In this document: in pieces, positions 1 through 11,259 of the stretch
How the letters are laid out: every line of letters begins with the position of its first letter
Position numbering within the stretch: position 1 is the stretch's first letter
Source: a virus
Reading direction: 5' to 3' (one strand)
Virus record (IMG/VR): IMGVR_UViG_3300047095_001251
Coordinates: 6,203-70,202 of that record
Length of the DNA: 64,000 nt
Program-made: the position numbers and the translations under genes
Notes under the pieces: model-generated
Database searches by the model: none
Told to the model about the DNA's origin: nothing
What the model saw: the letters and a program-made list of their open reading frames with translations, nothing else

Positions 1-87
1 GAGGGCTTTCCTGTTGCCAGGAATGGGGACTCATTAACATGTGGTGATAAATGTGGACCCGGTTCTTCTGATACAATAGTCAACTAA
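1..87 (+). CDS. PAAR-motif baseplate spike tip protein, 3' end (partial)
   Basis: Frame 1 reads EGFPVARNGDSLTCGDKCGPGSSDTIVN*, matching the PAAR-type G-x-P-x-A-R-x-G-D...CG...GS pattern. Confidence 0.75.
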   Translation, partial: EGFPVARNGDSLTCGDKCGPGSSDTIVN

Positions 88-91
88 TTTT

Positions 92-436
92 TTGGAGTTT
101 GATATGTTAACTGAAGATGTGCGTACTGTAGAAAGTCATATTAAGAATATCCGAGAAGTTTTTCGCCCTAGTATTTCGGATTTATCATCAGTATTATCTG
201 TTCCTGCACAGGATTTATACTTATATTCCATAGGAACAAGAAATCCAGAGACAAAGAAACTTTTTAAAATTATAAAATTGAGTTCAGTTGCAGATAAGAT
301 TAAAAATTTAAATTCATCTTTTGATGAAATTATTAAAAGAGCAAGTTTGTTAGATAGATTTAATTTAACCGATTTATTACAATCGATTGATATTGTTGAA
401 GAGTATATCGATATTTTATCGGAAAGAAAAGAATAA
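92..436 (+). CDS. hypothetical protein, possible HTH-like N-terminus
   Basis: 114-aa ORF in operon context; weak helix-turn-helix-like SISDLSSVLSVPAQDLY. Confidence 0.5.
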   Translation: MEFDMLTEDVRTVESHIKNIREVFRPSISDLSSVLSVPAQDLYLYSIGTRNPETKKLFKIIKLSSVADKIKNLNSSFDEIIKRASLLDRFNLTDLLQSIDIVEEYIDILSERKE

Positions 437-968
437 GATTAATTCAAAGGAATTTTTTATGATAACCGCTAGGGATATATTAAAGAATAGCGAATTTTTC
501 TCAATTGAGGAAGATTTTAAGGATGTAGATATTGATAAAGTTCATTATAGATTATTAGAAGTATTGGAAGTTTATAGAAAATTTCTTGGGAGTAGGATTC
601 ATATTTCCCCTTTAGATGGATCTGTGTATGCAGATATTTCTAAAAAGCAACATTCTGAGAAATCTTGGCATTATATTATTGATGGAAGGAATAAATTCTC
701 CAGAGCTATTGATGTTTTTCCTGATTGTCCATTATATGAAGCGTTGTTTTTAGCATTACGGTTGCAGTGGGGAGGGATTGGTGTATATCCTTTTGCAGAT
801 TATAAAGACAAAGGAATAATTAGAGAAGATACCACGAGAGGAATGTTACATCTTGATGTTCGTACTTCTTTAAATTTTAGAGTTTTGTGGTGGGTTGATA
901 AGGAAGGTAATTATAATTATATTAATAATGTTTATGATTTTGAAAAATTATTAGATTTGATTAAATAA
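387..968 (+). CDS. peptidase M15-like (Zn D-Ala-D-Ala peptidase family) cell-wall hydrolase; real start probably ATG at 459
   Basis: SWH...RAID...GGIGVY...LHLDVR motifs typical of M15/YcbK-like peptidases. Confidence 0.65.
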   Translation: MILLKSISIFYRKEKNKINSKEFFMITARDILKNSEFFSIEEDFKDVDIDKVHYRLLEVLEVYRKFLGSRIHISPLDGSVYADISKKQHSEKSWHYIIDGRNKFSRAIDVFPDCPLYEALFLALRLQWGGIGVYPFADYKDKGIIREDTTRGMLHLDVRTSLNFRVLWWVDKEGNYNYINNVYDFEKLLDLIK

Positions 969-972
969 TAAA

Positions 973-1602
973 ATGGATATTTCAACTCAGGAAGATTTAC
1001 AGTTACCAGATTTGTCTCAATTAATAACTTCGACTGAATATGTCTCAAAGAACAGATTAGCGACAAATGCATTAGGATTTGTTATTCAAGATACTGTCAA
1101 TAACCCATTTTTTCCAATTCCCATTCCAATTTTAGATAAAGGTAGGGGTTATTTACATTTGGTATTTAGGCAATATATATCTATGTATCAGAAGCAATAT
1201 ACTAATAATACGTTACCGTGGCATTTTGTTGTTCAGTTTGATTCAGTTCAAGGATTTTATAATATTCATAATACTAGACCGATTAATTTAAAGTATCCAT
1301 TTGATAATAATCAATTAAAAGAAATTATTAATGTTAATGATCTAGATGTAGATGATAATATAATGAAATTATTAAATAACCCGAATACAGATCCTTCTGA
1401 GATGATACATATTTGTATTATTGGGGATACTAATTTAGATGTTTACACAAGAGATATTTATGAAAAGATTGGAGAATTTATAATTTCGCCGCTATCAAAA
1501 ATATATAAAATAAGCCCATTTATAAATGATGGTATATTTTTATTTAATACTGGTGACAAATTCAAACATAGTATGATAAGTAATTATATCAGAAGAATTT
1601 AA
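973..1602 (+). CDS. degenerate N-acetylmuramoyl-L-alanine amidase-like (T7 lysozyme fold) protein
   Basis: PWHFVV...TRP...IHICIIGD resembles the amidase_2 core; Zn-ligand set looks incomplete. Confidence 0.4.
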   Translation: MDISTQEDLQLPDLSQLITSTEYVSKNRLATNALGFVIQDTVNNPFFPIPIPILDKGRGYLHLVFRQYISMYQKQYTNNTLPWHFVVQFDSVQGFYNIHNTRPINLKYPFDNNQLKEIINVNDLDVDDNIMKLLNNPNTDPSEMIHICIIGDTNLDVYTRDIYEKIGEFIISPLSKIYKISPFINDGIFLFNTGDKFKHSMISNYIRRI

Positions 1603-1624
1603 AATTTTCTTTTGGAGATTTGTT

Positions 1625-2830
1625 TTGTTAAAATTGTCCAATATTCAAGAATTAGAGATAATTAGAAATTTATTTAATGTAATAGTAGGAACATCTATTT
1701 TAGAAAATAAAGAAACCAAAACATATAGTAAAGAAATAAATCAATTCTTTAATAAATTATACGAATTTAAATTTATATCTATAATTAAATATACAGAAGA
1801 GATCAGACAATTTCATCTGTTATATATTTTAAGTTTATTATTTTTAGATTTTAATGAAAATGAATTAAAGTTAGATTCAGATTTCTTTAAAGATAAAATA
1901 TATTATCCTAATATTATGGATCTTATTATTAATAATTTTAGTTTTTGTAAAAATTTAATTAAAAAACAAATAAGAGAAGCATATAAACAAATTAATGAAA
2001 GTAATAATGAAGTTGTAGAATTTTATTTAGTATTCTATAATACAGAACCAGCAATCATTCAGAATGACATTATCTCTATTTTTATTAAAGGATTATTCTT
2101 AGAGGAAGATCCGATTAATTTAAAAGATATAAGTGTATATTATTTATCTATTTTTAAATTTATATTATATAGTTATTTTAAAAATAAAACATCAAATATT
2201 TTATCCTTCGAATTAGACCCTTCAATTTTAGAGGATGACTCCGCAATGAATAGTAGGTATAAGATATATGAGAAAGGATTAAGGATTACACATATTCAAT
2301 ATCTTTGTAAAGGTAGTGAAACATTAAGTAGAATTTCTGATAATTATGATATTTTAAAAAATAGTTTATTACAAGAGAAACAAGTTATTTCTGAAAACTA
2401 TTTACAGAGGAAATATCATGATGTTGTAGATGGTAGTGTTGTTAAAGATAATAAATTATTAGTTTTGAAATCAAATAGTGATGGATATAATTTATCTAAA
2501 ATAAGTCAGAAGTTACCATTGATTTATAAATTATTAAGATCCGTTTATATTGAAAGTAAAAGTTCTAATTTATTAGAATCTGATAAAAAAGTAATATATG
2601 ACACTATTTATGAAGTGGTATATGGTAAATTTAAAGAAAGATTGAAGGATCCAGATCTATATATCGCATCACAGAGTATTTCCATAGCATTAACCAATGG
2701 ATTGACAAAAGGAACATTTGTTGATCCATTTACAATGACACAAACAAATGTATCTGGATGTGTCTTTGCAAGAGAACTTAAAGTATTTTTAAATATTCTT
2801 TTTCAAGGTTTAAATTTTAATGAGAAGTAA
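1625..2830 (+). CDS. hypothetical protein
   Basis: 401-aa ORF with GGAG RBS upstream. Confidence 0.7.
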   Translation: MLKLSNIQELEIIRNLFNVIVGTSILENKETKTYSKEINQFFNKLYEFKFISIIKYTEEIRQFHLLYILSLLFLDFNENELKLDSDFFKDKIYYPNIMDLIINNFSFCKNLIKKQIREAYKQINESNNEVVEFYLVFYNTEPAIIQNDIISIFIKGLFLEEDPINLKDISVYYLSIFKFILYSYFKNKTSNILSFELDPSILEDDSAMNSRYKIYEKGLRITHIQYLCKGSETLSRISDNYDILKNSLLQEKQVISENYLQRKYHDVVDGSVVKDNKLLVLKSNSDGYNLSKISQKLPLIYKLLRSVYIESKSSNLLESDKKVIYDTIYEVVYGKFKERLKDPDLYIASQSISIALTNGLTKGTFVDPFTMTQTNVSGCVFARELKVFLNILFQGLNFNEK

Positions 2831-3347
2831 ACAAAATCTTTTTTCCCAATTAGATGAAGAAGATGAAATTCAAGAAGAGGATGGAGAACAATCATCAGAA
2901 TCTAGATTTAAGAAAAATTTTAATAATTTAGATGACGATATCACCCATATTGAATTAAAGTTACAAGGTATAGACACACATGTTAAGGTATTAGAGATTA
3001 AGATTAATAATTTAGATAATTTAATCAATCAGGTACAACAGACTCCAAATTCCAATATTGATATTTCTAAGTTATATATGTCATATACTAAGTCTTACGA
3101 ATTATTATCTTTTATGCAGAAGAGTTATCAAGTTTATCTAGATTTGAAGTTTAAGTATAGAGTAGAACAGGATGACTTAAGATTCAAATTGCATAGAATG
3201 GATGAAATTGAGAAGAAGAAGATTAATGAATTAGATGAAATTAATAGTGCAGATATTGTTTCAGCATTAAGTAAATTTATGACGACACCTGGAAAACAAG
3301 AAACTGCTTTAAAAGAGGTATTGGATAATCCAAAATATAGTATATAG
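2820..3347 (+). CDS. hypothetical acidic coiled-coil protein
   Basis: 175-aa ORF overlapping the previous stop; heptad-rich. Confidence 0.65.
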   Translation: MRSKQNLFSQLDEEDEIQEEDGEQSSESRFKKNFNNLDDDITHIELKLQGIDTHVKVLEIKINNLDNLINQVQQTPNSNIDISKLYMSYTKSYELLSFMQKSYQVYLDLKFKYRVEQDDLRFKLHRMDEIEKKKINELDEINSADIVSALSKFMTTPGKQETALKEVLDNPKYSI

Positions 3348-3357
3348 GAGAACTAAA

Positions 3358-3447
3358 ATGATTTGGTTAGTTCTTTTTTTGGTAGGATTGATCGAGTTAT
3401 ATGTTTTAATTCGATTTTTGTTTTTTTATTATGACCGTGAAGATTAA
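3358..3447 (+). CDS. small membrane peptide (29 aa; not in ORF track)
   Basis: AGGAG RBS then MIWLVLFLVGLIELYVLIRFLFFYYDRED*. Confidence 0.5.
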   Translation: MIWLVLFLVGLIELYVLIRFLFFYYDRED

Positions 3448-3470
3448 TTTAATTTCTTAATTGGAGATTT

Positions 3471-4700
3471 TTGATGAGTGATCAAATTGAACAGCAATTG
3501 AAGACTGTTTTTGATGCAGTTTTGACTCAGAATTTTGGTAATTGTATCCCACCTGAACCGTTTGTGACTTCTACATCCATCCCTCATTTAGACGCTTTAT
3601 TGGGTGGAGGTATTGGTAGTTCTGCTCCTATTATGATATCTAGCTCTCCTGAAACAGGAAAGTCAAGTGTATGTATGTATTTAGCAGGGCAATTTATTAA
3701 ACAACATCCAAATTCAATTGCTGTTTATATTGATACAGAAGCGACATCATCAGGAACAAGTGATGCTCAATCTAGCATTAGTAAGAGAATCAAATCGTTG
3801 GGTATCCCTGAACATCGATTTCAATATAATTCATTAATGTTAGATATTCCTGGAATTTATGAATTAATTAAGAAATATGCAGATACTAAAAAGGACTTAG
3901 ATGCTAAAATTAAAGCTTCTGGAAAGGAAGAAGAAATTAAATTATTAATTATTATTGATAGTTTAGCGGGATGTCCTTGTAGTAAAGCTTTGGTTGCGGA
4001 AGATCCCAAAGAAGTTATCGGGTTACGAGCTAGAGAATTATCTCATAATATTGATAGAATCCGTCCGATTCTAGCATTTTCTAAAATTTCTTTAATTTTA
4101 ATTGATCAAGTTAGAGCAAATATGCAAATCCAAGGACAGTTTGCACCAGCACAAGAGAAAACTGTTGGTACGTGGAATAATATTAAAACGAGCACATCGT
4201 CGAATACATTACAGCATGCATTAAAAACTTGGGTATATTTGAGTAAGAAGAAAGAATTAAATCCTGGTGATATGGGGAATGTGATTGGTTGGATTTTGGA
4301 TGTTAAAACTGAGAAAAATAAATTAACCAATTCTGGTTATAGCGTTTCTTTAGTTTTTGATAAAAATTTAACATTACATAAATTATGGTCTGAATATTTA
4401 TTTCTTAAAGAGATGACTACTTCTGAAAAGAAATATTCAGGAGGGGATGCTAAGAAATTACCATACCCATTATTAGTAGGTACTTCTGGTCCATATAGAT
4501 ATATAGATATCGTAGATCCTATTACAAAAAAATCAGTTGGAAAATCTGATAGTTTTTTTGAAAAAGATTTAGAGAAAAAATATAATTCTGATGAGAAATT
4601 TAGAGAAGTTTTTGATAATGCTGTAAAGGTTTCTGTTTATGAAAGAATTAATAATTATCTTCTAAAGATGACGGTTGAAGAAGATGATTTATCAGAATAA
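3471..4700 (+). CDS. uvsX: RecA/UvsX-like recombinase
   Basis: LDALLGGG, Walker A SSPETGKS, YIDTE, Walker B IIIDSLA, DQVR, KNK motifs. Confidence 0.88.
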   Translation: MMSDQIEQQLKTVFDAVLTQNFGNCIPPEPFVTSTSIPHLDALLGGGIGSSAPIMISSSPETGKSSVCMYLAGQFIKQHPNSIAVYIDTEATSSGTSDAQSSISKRIKSLGIPEHRFQYNSLMLDIPGIYELIKKYADTKKDLDAKIKASGKEEEIKLLIIIDSLAGCPCSKALVAEDPKEVIGLRARELSHNIDRIRPILAFSKISLILIDQVRANMQIQGQFAPAQEKTVGTWNNIKTSTSSNTLQHALKTWVYLSKKKELNPGDMGNVIGWILDVKTEKNKLTNSGYSVSLVFDKNLTLHKLWSEYLFLKEMTTSEKKYSGGDAKKLPYPLLVGTSGPYRYIDIVDPITKKSVGKSDSFFEKDLEKKYNSDEKFREVFDNAVKVSVYERINNYLLKMTVEEDDLSE

Positions 4701-4719
4701 TCTTTGTTTTTTTATTAAA

Positions 4720-4737
4720 TTTCATAAAGATATTATA
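4720..4737 (+). promoter_or_regulatory. recurring phage promoter-like motif TTTCATAAAGATATTATA
   Basis: One of about 18 intergenic copies, each facing a downstream gene. Confidence 0.6.
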
Positions 4738-4760
4738 CAAAAAGTGGGGTTTCAAGTTCT

Positions 4761-5711
4761 GTGAATAGACCATTTATTAAACAAATAGTAGAATCTTATT
4801 TAATTGATAAAGAATTAGATAAGAAGAAATTCGACGAATTACATAATTATGTCTTGGAAGAAATAGAATTTTTAAAATTAGATTTCAAATGTGCATATGA
4901 CCTATTACATGAATTCGATATGGTATCTCAACAAAATTACATTTATCATATTTTAGATTTGAAGGATGTTGAGTTAACGACAGAATCAGACATATTTACG
5001 ATAACTACTGCAATTTTAATTGGTGCATTGCCTTATTTATATAATACCGATTACGCTAGGGAACTTGCACAAAAAGTTTTGAGTGGTATAGTTAAGGCTA
5101 GAATGGGAATTGTCGAATTTCTTGAAAATAAACCAATGTTTAAAAGATATAAAACAATTGATAAGATTATTTCTTCTAATTTTGAAGACTGTAAGAGAAA
5201 AGCAGGGATTAATAATAATGTATCAGACTCTATGATGTCTACGATATTACATTCTAAAATAAAAGGATCCTATCCATTAGATAAAGATCAACATGATAAA
5301 TTAGAATTATTAATAAATTGTTATATTGATTATTTAGTTTCGATGGTTGCGAATTTGACAGTTATTTATTCTAAATGTGTAGAAGAAACAGGAGAATCAA
5401 AGTTAAAAACAGATATGGGGATTAATTCAATTTTGTCAATTCCCACAGGATCCAAGTGTCAAGTATTACATGATCAATTAAGGGAATTACATGCTTCTTT
5501 AATTGATGTTTTAGAAATTTTTTATCCAGACGATAATAGAGTTAAACAAGATTGGATTAATAGATTAGATGATGCTATTAAATCATCTACCAGAGGAGAA
5601 TTTCTTAGAGGTGGTACTCCGTTTAAAAAATTTCAAAATGATTCAGGATTTAAGGATAAATTTCAAAACCCATCAAAACAATTTGAAGGTACCCCGAGTT
5701 GGAAGAAATAG
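4761..5711 (+). CDS. hypothetical protein (possibly virion-associated)
   Basis: 316-aa ORF. Confidence 0.65.
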   Translation: MNRPFIKQIVESYLIDKELDKKKFDELHNYVLEEIEFLKLDFKCAYDLLHEFDMVSQQNYIYHILDLKDVELTTESDIFTITTAILIGALPYLYNTDYARELAQKVLSGIVKARMGIVEFLENKPMFKRYKTIDKIISSNFEDCKRKAGINNNVSDSMMSTILHSKIKGSYPLDKDQHDKLELLINCYIDYLVSMVANLTVIYSKCVEETGESKLKTDMGINSILSIPTGSKCQVLHDQLRELHASLIDVLEIFYPDDNRVKQDWINRLDDAIKSSTRGEFLRGGTPFKKFQNDSGFKDKFQNPSKQFEGTPSWKK

Positions 5712-5849
5712 ATAAGCCGAAAAAAAGAAAGTATATTAAAAGAACAAAAATAGTTCAAGAAGAAGTAAATTTGGAAGAGCTACATAAGAAGATCAATAAG
5801 TTTGTAAAATCGAATTTCAAATACCCATCGTACTCAACCCTCAACAAAA

Positions 5850-6875
5850 GTGGAAAGTAAAGAATTGGATAGTTTTGAATCATTAACATCAGGGTTACTA
5901 TTAACAAATCCGTTCTCTGGAGAAACATTAGAAATTAATTCTGATAATCTAATTGGACAAATTATTAGTAATGAAGAGATAAATATAGATTCTTTAACTA
6001 AAGATATTTCTTTAAGTATTAGAAATGACAAAGAATACCCGGTCGAATTATTTGATTTAAATAGATTTCAAACTCAACTAAGGGCAAAATCTATTCAAAA
6101 AAATAAGGACTACCATTTACATAGTGAAAATATCAGTGGGCATGATTTAGCATCTGGGTGTAGTAGAAGCATTTATTATAGAATTAATAATGTTCCTTCT
6201 GATAATTATGCTAATAAATGGTTACCTGTTGATTTTAGATGTCATTTAGGATCTTCTGTTCATGAATTTATTCAAGACAATTATCAATCATTTACAGAAA
6301 AGGAAGTTTGTTTAAAAGTTCCTTCGAAAAGGTTATCGTGTAGATTAGATTGCCTAATAAATAATAATGTTTTAGTAGAAATCAAATCATGCAATTATGC
6401 AGATTTGAGTGAAATAATTAAAACCGGAAGACCGAGACAGAAAGATTTATATCAAGCAGTTCTTTATAAATACTTATTAGAGAATTACTTAGAGGAAATC
6501 AAATTACAGCAACCTACTAGGAATGGGGTAATCCCTTCTTTAGATTATTATAAAATAACGAACATCCAGTTAATTTATGTTTGTCATGAGCTAATTTCTG
6601 GGGATACTGAGAATATTAATGATGCTGTTGCATTTTCTAAGAATTTAGCAAAACTAAATAATAGTAAACAAAATCCATTTTGGTTTATTCAAACTATAAA
6701 TGTTGATTTAAAGAATACTAATGTTCAGTTATATGAAAATTTATTGGTGGATAAATTAGAAGACGTATTAAGTTTCTTAAATTCGAAAACCGTCCCTCCG
6801 TTGGATTCGAAATTTATTGATAAATCTGCTTGTTTCTTTTGTTTACATTCTAATGTTTGTAAAAATAGTGGGTAA
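5850..6875 (+). CDS. Cas4-like PD-(D/E)XK exonuclease with Fe-S cysteines
   Basis: N-terminal C (GCSR), GSSVHE, RLD...EIKS, QAVLY, C-terminal CFFCLHSNVC. Confidence 0.8.
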   Translation: MESKELDSFESLTSGLLLTNPFSGETLEINSDNLIGQIISNEEINIDSLTKDISLSIRNDKEYPVELFDLNRFQTQLRAKSIQKNKDYHLHSENISGHDLASGCSRSIYYRINNVPSDNYANKWLPVDFRCHLGSSVHEFIQDNYQSFTEKEVCLKVPSKRLSCRLDCLINNNVLVEIKSCNYADLSEIIKTGRPRQKDLYQAVLYKYLLENYLEEIKLQQPTRNGVIPSLDYYKITNIQLIYVCHELISGDTENINDAVAFSKNLAKLNNSKQNPFWFIQTINVDLKNTNVQLYENLLVDKLEDVLSFLNSKTVPPLDSKFIDKSACFFCLHSNVCKNSG

Positions 6876-7001
6876 TAGATTAAAAAGGTATGATTAATTA
6901 TTTGAAGTTATTAGAAAAATTTATTTTTATTTGTTTGGTGATGTTCGCGTTATACTCGTCATCACTAACTATTTTTTTAAAATTTTTGATATAGGTTTTT
7001 T

Positions 7002-9203
7002 ATGACAGATTTAGTCCAAGAAATAGGGTTACGGGGCGGGGGTATTTTTCAGACTATCAGACAGTCTGATAACAAGAAATTGCACGAAGGTGATTTGGTT
7101 TTTGTTTATCCAGTTGTGATAGATACTACATTAGATAAGATGTATGGGAAAGATATTAGAGATTTTATCTCATATCAATTAATTAACAGAGTAAAGCAAG
7201 CAAATTTATTTAATGTAGTAAGTTCCGCCGTTAGTGAACCACAACAGAAACAAGATAACGGATTAAATCCAGCTCAAGCATTATTAAAACATCTTGGGAA
7301 TAGTATCCCGCAAGAACAATTACAGAAATTTAATTATATGGATTCCTCTCGACCTCATCAATCAGAATACGAACGAGTATTATTTAAATTAAGAGAATAT
7401 ATTTTAAATCAAATAAATCATGATCCAAGATTTAAAGATCTAAATCCGATTATTAGTGAAGTATTTGCTAACAATCTTATACCAGTTCCATTAATATTGG
7501 GTACTAGTCAATTAAAAGTTAATTCAAATGTATTATTTTGGGTTTTATTTATTTCTGCTGGTCAAAACATTAATTTAACATCTAATGCAAATTTAGACAG
7601 AATTAAATTATTACTTAGGCAAATACCTAAAGATAATTATGAAGATTTTATGGGTAAAGATGTTATCCCTGATGCGTTTGGTAATCCTAGAAAATTACAA
7701 CAGATAATAAATAGTATTTGGGATGATACTGATAAAGCACTATCCAAATTTAATCTAGTTTTAGATGAAAAGAAATGGAATTCGGAAGTAGGGGTTAATA
7801 ATTTTACTGCATCGTTATCTACTGCAATTCAGAATTCTTCATTATCAGAAGGAACTATGGCAAGACGAGCTTCTGCGACATTTAAGAACTTTGTAGGTAA
7901 TGAAGTGGTCGGATTATTACAGAGTATAACTCATGCGATTATCCCAGAAACCGAAGTAGATATATCTTCAAAATTAATTAGATTTGTTAATAGTGTATCT
8001 GAGAATAGATCACATTATCAAACATTACATGATTTGACAATGCATAACATAATTAAAGAAGATTCCGTTGATCAAATGGATAAACTTCTAGAATTGGCAT
8101 TTAAGATTTGTAAAGAAAATGGTGATATTAATGTTGATAAAATATTTAGCCAATTAAATACATTACATTTTGGGATTACTGGTAAATCAAATTCCTCAGC
8201 ATTATGGGGTTCTAATTCTGGTGAAGTATTAGCTAAATTCGTGGAAGGATTAATTAAAGTATCTTCTATTTTGGCATCATATTCTAAAAATTTAGAGGAA
8301 AATATAAAGGACCTAGGCGGGATTGCTGCATTACAAGAATTATCAGATTATAAGGATCATTTTAGAAAATCAATTGAAGATTATTTTAGAGATGGATGGG
8401 AAACAGATCAGGGTATTACCACCACAAAAGATCTTCAAAACCCATTACAGCGAATGAGCAATATTGGTGGAAGTAAATTTTCATTATTTGATTCTAAGAG
8501 ATTTCTTCAGTTAACCGGACAAATAGATAATGACGGCGTTATTAGAAGGGTAAACGGGGCGACCCAGCAAGCTTTCGAAGATAATATGTTTTCTTCTATT
8601 ACTGAAATTTTACATTTCTTAAATATGTTTTCGTTTTTAAGTTATTTTTGTGAATATTTAAGAGAGATCGAAGTAGAGATGACTATTCAGAAAAGGGATG
8701 CTACTAGTTTTCCAAACTACTGTTTAGTTATTAGGAAAGAATTTATTTCTAGAATTTTCTGGGCATTAGCTACAAGAAATTTTGAAAATGAGATATTATC
8801 AGAAAAGAATAAAGATTCTCAAGAATTTAAAAATTCTATTATTGGAAAACGATTAAATTCAGAACTAAACGCTTTGAAGAACAGTTTGAAGAGTGAAAGA
8901 GATTCTCATAGGAAATCACAAATAGAAGTAGCCATTAATGATAAAGAAAGAGAGATCAACGATGCTAGTAAAGTAACATCTGGTATAATTTTAGATCAAT
9001 TTAGAATAGGAAGTATGTCAGATACTACCAAACAAATTAATCTTATAAAGGAACGTTTGAAGATCCCTAATATATTTGTTATTGATGAGAAAGAAAGAAA
9101 AGTGTATTATAAATTTATGTTTAATGATAGAGTGATGAATTTGAATTTGAGTACTATTGGGGAGTATATTAATTCTCAGAAAGATTTCATTGCGTCTAAT
9201 TAA
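7002..9203 (+). CDS. large hypothetical (probable virion) protein
   Basis: 733-aa ORF within structural gene run. Confidence 0.65.
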   Translation: MTDLVQEIGLRGGGIFQTIRQSDNKKLHEGDLVFVYPVVIDTTLDKMYGKDIRDFISYQLINRVKQANLFNVVSSAVSEPQQKQDNGLNPAQALLKHLGNSIPQEQLQKFNYMDSSRPHQSEYERVLFKLREYILNQINHDPRFKDLNPIISEVFANNLIPVPLILGTSQLKVNSNVLFWVLFISAGQNINLTSNANLDRIKLLLRQIPKDNYEDFMGKDVIPDAFGNPRKLQQIINSIWDDTDKALSKFNLVLDEKKWNSEVGVNNFTASLSTAIQNSSLSEGTMARRASATFKNFVGNEVVGLLQSITHAIIPETEVDISSKLIRFVNSVSENRSHYQTLHDLTMHNIIKEDSVDQMDKLLELAFKICKENGDINVDKIFSQLNTLHFGITGKSNSSALWGSNSGEVLAKFVEGLIKVSSILASYSKNLEENIKDLGGIAALQELSDYKDHFRKSIEDYFRDGWETDQGITTTKDLQNPLQRMSNIGGSKFSLFDSKRFLQLTGQIDNDGVIRRVNGATQQAFEDNMFSSITEILHFLNMFSFLSYFCEYLREIEVEMTIQKRDATSFPNYCLVIRKEFISRIFWALATRNFENEILSEKNKDSQEFKNSIIGKRLNSELNALKNSLKSERDSHRKSQIEVAINDKEREINDASKVTSGIILDQFRIGSMSDTTKQINLIKERLKIPNIFVIDEKERKVYYKFMFNDRVMNLNLSTIGEYINSQKDFIASN

Positions 9204-9241
9204 TTTTGTTTTAAAATTTTAATAAGGACTAGTTCGGAATT

Positions 9242-9973
9242 ATGTTCAAAAATATGAGTTTTATTAACGCAGAGGCAGAAGAGATCCAACGTATTGCTCA
9301 AGATGCATTACGTCGTCAAGGTAAGATATATACTAAAGAAGAAGAAAAAATTAATTTAATAGAAGAAAGATTATCCAAAATCGATTACGGTGCTATTATC
9401 TTTGAGGAATATGATAACTCAAAATGGGAATCTAAAGTTAAAATAGAATCAAATATATATAATCAATTAGTTAAGAATTTAGAAGAATCAGATTTAGAAA
9501 AGATTCAAACTCTATTGGGCGATTTATTATTATCTGTTAATGATCTATATGAACATGTTAATATTGCCCCTCAGTTATATTCTACCAAGATTAATTTAGA
9601 AGATTCTGAGAATACTATTGTTCAAGAAACAGATTTATTAATTGAGACATTTTTAAGTAAGAAGCATTATTCATTATCTACTTCTGAAAGAAATAAATTG
9701 TATATGGATGCTACTTTAAATTTAAGCAAAGATATTATTACCAATGAGAGTATTGATATTAAAGAAGCTGTTGAGCATTCTTATAAGTCATTAATTATGC
9801 AGAAGTTAATTGAAGAGGTCAATTTTCCAAAAACAGTATACTATAGATTACAAGAGTTAATGGAAAGTCCGTTATATGGTGAAATTTTCGAACAGGATAA
9901 GTTAATCGAAAAGTGGGACAATTTTAAAGAAAAGTCAAACACTTTATCGAGAGTTTTTGCGGCATTGGTTTAA
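9242..9973 (+). CDS. hypothetical acidic protein (possible head internal/scaffold protein)
   Basis: 243 aa, Glu-rich with several [IL]xE motifs. Confidence 0.6.
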   Translation: MFKNMSFINAEAEEIQRIAQDALRRQGKIYTKEEEKINLIEERLSKIDYGAIIFEEYDNSKWESKVKIESNIYNQLVKNLEESDLEKIQTLLGDLLLSVNDLYEHVNIAPQLYSTKINLEDSENTIVQETDLLIETFLSKKHYSLSTSERNKLYMDATLNLSKDIITNESIDIKEAVEHSYKSLIMQKLIEEVNFPKTVYYRLQELMESPLYGEIFEQDKLIEKWDNFKEKSNTLSRVFAALV

Positions 9974-10003
9974 TTCTAATTAATTTTTCTTTGGAGAAGA
10001 GCA

Positions 10004-11248
10004 ATGGCTGGGAAACCGATTGATGAGATTTTAAAGAAACTTGATGACCACTTTAAGGATCCTCAAGAAGAAAGATTAATTACGCTCACTGTTGAGAAAT
10101 TAGTAAGGAAAGCTAGATTAGACGCTGTTTCTGAGTTCTCTAAAGGGTATTGTATGAAATTTTCAATCCCATTAAATGATGTATCTTCTATTCTTGATAG
10201 TATCAATACTTTTGGGAGAGAAGATGTTAAACAAGCATTTTTGAGACAATGGCAAATCCCTGGCGAAACATTTATGTATTCAGATATTTATTATCATAAT
10301 TTGTTACTTTTAATGACCCATGGGTTAAGAACTAAAAATAAATCGTTAGTAGACAGTTCGTTTATTTTAATGATGTTGAAATTATGGAATGGTCGTTTAA
10401 TGAGTAGTATTAAATTTTGTGATCCTGATGTAATGTCGTATGTCGTCACAAATATGATGAACAAAAAAAATATATGTAATAAATTTCATAACCCTTTTGA
10501 AATGATTACTAATTATTTTGTTCCATATTTATTGAATACATATTCTGAAAGGATTCTCAGAGATACTACAGAACTTAAGATTCTATTTAGCCAGTCGTAT
10601 AATAGATTACGGCAAGTATTTAGAAGTGATTCTATTCCCGATAAAGAGACAGGCGAACCCAGATATAGATCTGGGTTACAACCATTATATTTTAAGGCGG
10701 TTGAATCTGGATTTAAATTTTCAACAATGGGTAGTAGAAATCATTCAGATGAAGAATCTTCTGCGGGTGACGTTTTAAGTTCTAGTGGATTAGATGAGCA
10801 AATTGAAAATGTAGTAAATTATATAGTTATGAATATTAACCCTAATTATGATAGAAAATTTTTGGAATTTGTTAACAATGAATCAACTATTAAGTTAGTA
10901 CACATTGATAAAATCATCAAAGCTATTCATAACCACAATTATATTGACCAAATTAGAGATATAGTTGAATTGATTTTCTCTAGACTAAGCGATATCCCAA
11001 AAGCAAAATTCTGTTCCCCTGATTTTATTAGTGATATTATTAAAAGAAAGATTATTAGTTCCAAGCATACATCAGAGATTACTGCATTAAAAACTAATAT
11101 AGATCAGCTTTTGAATATGATTTTAAATTCAGTTTTTGATAAGCAATATGATTATGACACGTATTCAAATACCCAAAAAGCTCAATGGAGAAGGATTATT
11201 GTATATGCTGTTGGGTATAATATACAAAGACAAATCTGTTTTAGTTAG
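10004..11248 (+). CDS. hypothetical protein
   Basis: 414-aa ORF with GGAG RBS. Confidence 0.7.
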   Translation: MAGKPIDEILKKLDDHFKDPQEERLITLTVEKLVRKARLDAVSEFSKGYCMKFSIPLNDVSSILDSINTFGREDVKQAFLRQWQIPGETFMYSDIYYHNLLLLMTHGLRTKNKSLVDSSFILMMLKLWNGRLMSSIKFCDPDVMSYVVTNMMNKKNICNKFHNPFEMITNYFVPYLLNTYSERILRDTTELKILFSQSYNRLRQVFRSDSIPDKETGEPRYRSGLQPLYFKAVESGFKFSTMGSRNHSDEESSAGDVLSSSGLDEQIENVVNYIVMNINPNYDRKFLEFVNNESTIKLVHIDKIIKAIHNHNYIDQIRDIVELIFSRLSDIPKAKFCSPDFISDIIKRKIISSKHTSEITALKTNIDQLLNMILNSVFDKQYDYDTYSNTQKAQWRRIIVYAVGYNIQRQICFS

Positions 11249-11259
11249 GAGTTTTCTCA

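Noticed and set aside
5850-6875. Cas4 as part of a CRISPR-Cas system
   Set aside because: No cas1/cas2 and no repeat-spacer array seen; solo Cas4-like nucleases are common in phages
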